From NCBI GenBank assembly GCA_973895155.1, contig OZ316899.1:7629241-7693240 (forward strand): DNA of 64,000 nt, written 5' to 3'. Of this stretch, positions 60,701 to 64,000 are shown piece after piece; the first letter of the stretch is position 1, and the number at the start of each line of letters is the position of its first letter. The position numbers were made by a program, and so were the translations under genes. The stretch comes from Marsupella aquatica. Lineage: Eukaryota; Plantae; Marchantiophyta. The notes beneath the pieces were generated by a model that was not told where the DNA came from, made no database searches, and worked only from the letters and a program-made list of their open reading frames with translations.

Positions 60701-61988
60701 ACAGGGAGCTAAGAGCAACCCAGGAGGAGAGGGCTACCTTGAAAAAAGAATTGGAGGAAGCCAATAGGGAGCTGGAGGAGGCGCGCAAGGACCTGGATGA
60801 GACCCAGGAGGAGTTGGAGGAAATTACGAGGAAGATGGAGAACCTACAGCGGCGGGTCGACAACCAAACGGAGCGGCTGAAGACACAAGCCGCAGTATTT
60901 AAATGCTTGGCTTCATCAGGTCCAACTCCAATTGGTGGAACCCAACCAGGGGTAGTATTGGCCGAAGGACAAGCCGTAACACTCACCCCGGTGCCGGAGG
61001 TAAGTGGCAAGGGGAAGGAACCGGCTCTCGAAATAGGGAAGAAGAAGAAGCGGAAACCTTCTAGGTCTGGGAGTTATACGGCTTCTCAAGCCGTTGTGAC
61101 CGAAAAGATAAACCCGGCACCAACCTCCGGCATAGGCACGGTGGTGGATCCACTAGTCCTAGGAAGTGGAGATGGCAAGGCCGAGGCCGGGAGAACCAGT
61201 AATGCTGCCGAGGTACCAGATCCTCCACTAGAACATGTCGGGGAGGCCGAAGCCGAGGGTGGACCCAGTCAGGCCGATGAAGAGTTGACTCGGTCAGGGC
61301 ATGTAATCTGTCAGAGGACGGACCAACGGTAGTGGCTGCGGAGGAAGCGTTGGGGGCGTCCATTGAGGACTAGCCACCGGTGTCGTGACGGTGTAAGGGC
61401 GCCGTCCCTTTTAGGGAGGGCGGACGTGGAGGTAGGAGGCGTGAGTGGGCAGGGCGGGCGCTGATCTCCAAGTTTAGACTTAGGATCAGGATCAGGAGAC
61501 GGCCCTGACACTTAGATTAGTGGGATTTTGGATCCACGGGTGTGGACGACACTTGTGCTCCTGCCTCGCTGTACTTAGGTAGATTACAGTTAGGTAGATT
61601 ACAGTAGGTAGATTAGGCTTACGCTGCAAGGAATCAGGCGGATCCACAACCAGGATAAGTACCTGGGCTGCGGGGAGTTCAGGGCCTCTTCTTTAGCAAG
61701 TTTTTAGTTGCACCAGCAGGGCTGGGATCAAGTAGTAAGAGAAGCTCTCGGTTAGTTACTTTCGGAAGACCAGGAGAGGAATACAAGGGAGGGACTAGAA
61801 TAGGCCGGCTAAGTATCTCATGACCCGATGAAGGATCTGTCCAGTATATGTGTGTAAAATGTTAATAGAGGATTAGCAGCGTCCCATGCCGCTAAACCAC
61901 GGAAACGGCCTCGCCAAGGATAAAACCTGCGGGAATCGGCTTGAGCAAGGGGGTTTCTTGGGTTTGGGGAGGCAGGGGACGCACCACA
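57729..61988 (+). mobile_element. Giant solo LTR of family B (B3, 4260 bp) inserted in the RT of B2
   Basis: TGTGATG...CACCACA; TSD CATGG at 57724-57728 and 61989-61993; RT resumes afterwards. Confidence 0.95.
58107..61372 (+). pseudogene. LTR-B protein of B3 (several stops and frameshifts)
   Basis: Homologous to the B1 LTR ORF over its full length. Confidence 0.85.
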
Positions 61989-61993
61989 CATGG

Positions 61994-63029
61994 TAGCCAG
62001 TCATGAATTATACTCATTCATGGATGGGTACTCTGGTTATAACCAAATCAGGATTAGGCAGAAGGACCAAATCAAGACGGCCTTCATCACGGAATGGGGG
62101 ATCTATATCTTCAATCGTATGCCGTTTGGACTCTGCAATGCACCAGCTATGTTCCAATGATTCATGGTGAACATTTTCCATGACTACTTGAGAAAGTTCA
62201 TGGAAATCTTCATTGATGACTTTGCAGTATTTGGAAAAGCATCGAAGCATGCTAAATACCTAAGGAAGACCTTCATGAGATGCAGAGAGGTAGGTCTCAA
62301 GTTACCCCCAGATAAATTTTTCTTTGGAGTAACAGAAGGTGTGCTGCTAGGGCACAAAGTATCGAAGAAGGGCATTGAGATTGACAAGGGTAAGCTAGCA
62401 GTATGGCTTGATATCATGCAACCTAAGAACATAAAGGATGTGAGATCCTTCTTGGGGTGCATTGGGTATTACCGCCGGTTCATCAAGGATTTTGCCAAGC
62501 TAGCCTTACCATTAACCAACATGCTCAAGGCAGGCGCAGACTTTGAACCCACAACAGAAAGAGTAACAGTTGTGGTGGAATTAAAGCAAAAGTTAGTAGA
62601 GGCCCCAGTCATGATAGCACTAGACTGGAACAAAGATTTTCATGTCTTCATAGATGTCTCAGGCTTCTGTATCGGCTCAGTATTAAGTCAGTTAGATGAG
62701 AAAGGAAGGGACCATCCCATATACTTTGCAAGCCACCAGCTTGCCGATGCCGAACGGAACTACTCCACCATAGAAAGAGAAGCTTTAGGAGTTATTTATT
62801 CATGTAAAAAGTTTAGGCATTATTTGCTAGGGTACAAAGTAATCTTTCATACCAATCATGAAAGTTTGAAATATCTAGTAAATAAGCCGGACCTTACAAG
62901 TAGGGTAGCAAGATGGATTTTGTTATTACAGGAATTTGACTACGAGCTAAAAATCAAGCCGGGAAAGCTACACGCCAATGCCGACTTCTTTTCAAGGATC
63001 ACAGATGAACCTGCCACAGATTGCATCGA
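61994..63029 (+). pseudogene. B2 RT/RNase H continuation
   Basis: FIDD, DVSG and YSTIERE motifs; stop at 62158. Confidence 0.92.
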
Positions 63030-64000
63030 TGTGACGTCGATGACATAGAGGTTAGCAGACACGGATAGCGGATATGGATAGAGGTTAGCGGACACGGATA
63101 GCGGATACGGATAGAGGTTAGCGGACACGGATAGCGGATACAGATAGAGGTTAGCGGACAGGGATAGCGGATACGGATAGAGGTTAGCGGACACGGATAG
63201 CGGATACGGATAGAGGTTAGCGGATACAGATACCGGATAGTGGCTAGTGGCTAGCGGATTTAGATTGGGGTTAGACTAAACCCGGGACAACGGATAGCGG
63301 ACAACGGATAGCGGACAACGGATAGCGGACAACGGACACGGACAACAGACACGGACAATGGATAGCGGACAACGGACACGGACAACGGACACGGATAGTA
63401 GACAGCAAGCACAGATAGCGAACATGGATAACGGACACGGACAACGAACACGGACACAGACAACTGACACGGACAACGGACACGGATAGCGGACACGGAC
63501 ACGGATAGCGGCTTAGCCCGAGGCCACGGGTTAACTCTTCTAAGGTTAGATAGGATAGCTAGGCTAGCCGAACTTGGGTTAGCTATGTAACTTGGGTTAG
63601 CGTAGCAATGAGTACCCCCTCTCGGTTGCGGGGGCATAACTTTATGTGTATTTGGCCAAATCGGCTATAATTGACCTCGTTGGAAAGAGGAGCTCAAGCC
63701 GCTTCCAACGCTGCTATCCACGCAGCAAATGGTTGAATAGAGAAATCGGGAGAGGAGGCGCAAGCTCGCAAAAACCATGGAGGAGGGCCAAATCCGAAGT
63801 ACGTAGCCAATTCGAGATAGAAATAAAGTTGCGAGTTAGGGTTCAGTAGTTAGAGATAGTGGCGGCTCTGTTAGGGCTGGGATGGGGCTCCAGCAGCGTA
63901 GTATCCACCCATTTGGGCTCAGTATGAGAGTATATAGAGTAGTCCCCCGGTAGAGGCAAGGGGGGGGACTTCAGTTGTGTGATCTCACTTAGACTGAGCA
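63030..64000 (+). mobile_element. Start of another LTR (family C) inserted in B2 pol
   Basis: TGTGACG start as in LTR-A; pol homology ends abruptly; shares a promoter-like motif with LTR-A; predicted TSD ATCGA. Confidence 0.75.
63045..63510. repeat. Tandem arrays: about six 33-bp units (63045-63240), then degenerate 14-bp and 6-bp ACGGATAGCGGACA/ACGGAC units
   Basis: ATAGAGGTTAGCGGACACGGATAGCGGATACGG with period 33. Confidence 0.92.

Larger units (their letters stand above)
30411..64000 (+). mobile_element. Older Ty3/gypsy family B element (B2), host of four nested insertions; continues beyond the window
   Basis: 5' LTR at 30411-32600 plus 52074-54561, PBS at about 54566-54584, gag from 54631, pol pieces to 63029. 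Confidence 0.9.

Noticed and set aside
63045-63510. CRISPR-like array
   Set aside because: Units are head-to-tail with no unique spacers, no cas genes, and a eukaryotic TE context; overlapping repetitive ORFs are artefacts.

Overview
Eukaryotic, plant-type repetitive DNA with no recognisable host housekeeping gene; a non-seed land plant origin is inferred from the element types. The window is a stack of nested transposons. (1) A decayed CACTA/En-Spm element starts at 464. It has a spliced TnpA-like gene on the minus strand. On the plus strand, a transposase-associated zinc-finger exon can splice in frame either to a SET-domain exon (14427-15242) or to the TnpD transposase (15401-18643). (2) Two Bianca-type Ty1/copia elements (4465-13876, 21789-27347) have short LTRs and intact TSDs. 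(3) A Plavaka-like transposase remnant and an unknown decayed gene follow. (4) Non-chromovirus Ty3/gypsy elements have giant 4.0-4.6 kb LTRs, each carrying a ~900-1100 aa gene (PMD/Athila-ORF-like domain plus long coiled coil), apparently in U3. These comprise one near-intact young element (33794-49286), an older host copy (30411 to beyond the window), three TSD-flanked solo LTRs from two families, and a related ORF-less, tandem-repeat-rich LTR from 63030. The best candidates for new biology are the gene-carrying giant LTRs and the transposon-encoded SET protein. All coordinates and family calls were read by eye; no searches were run.
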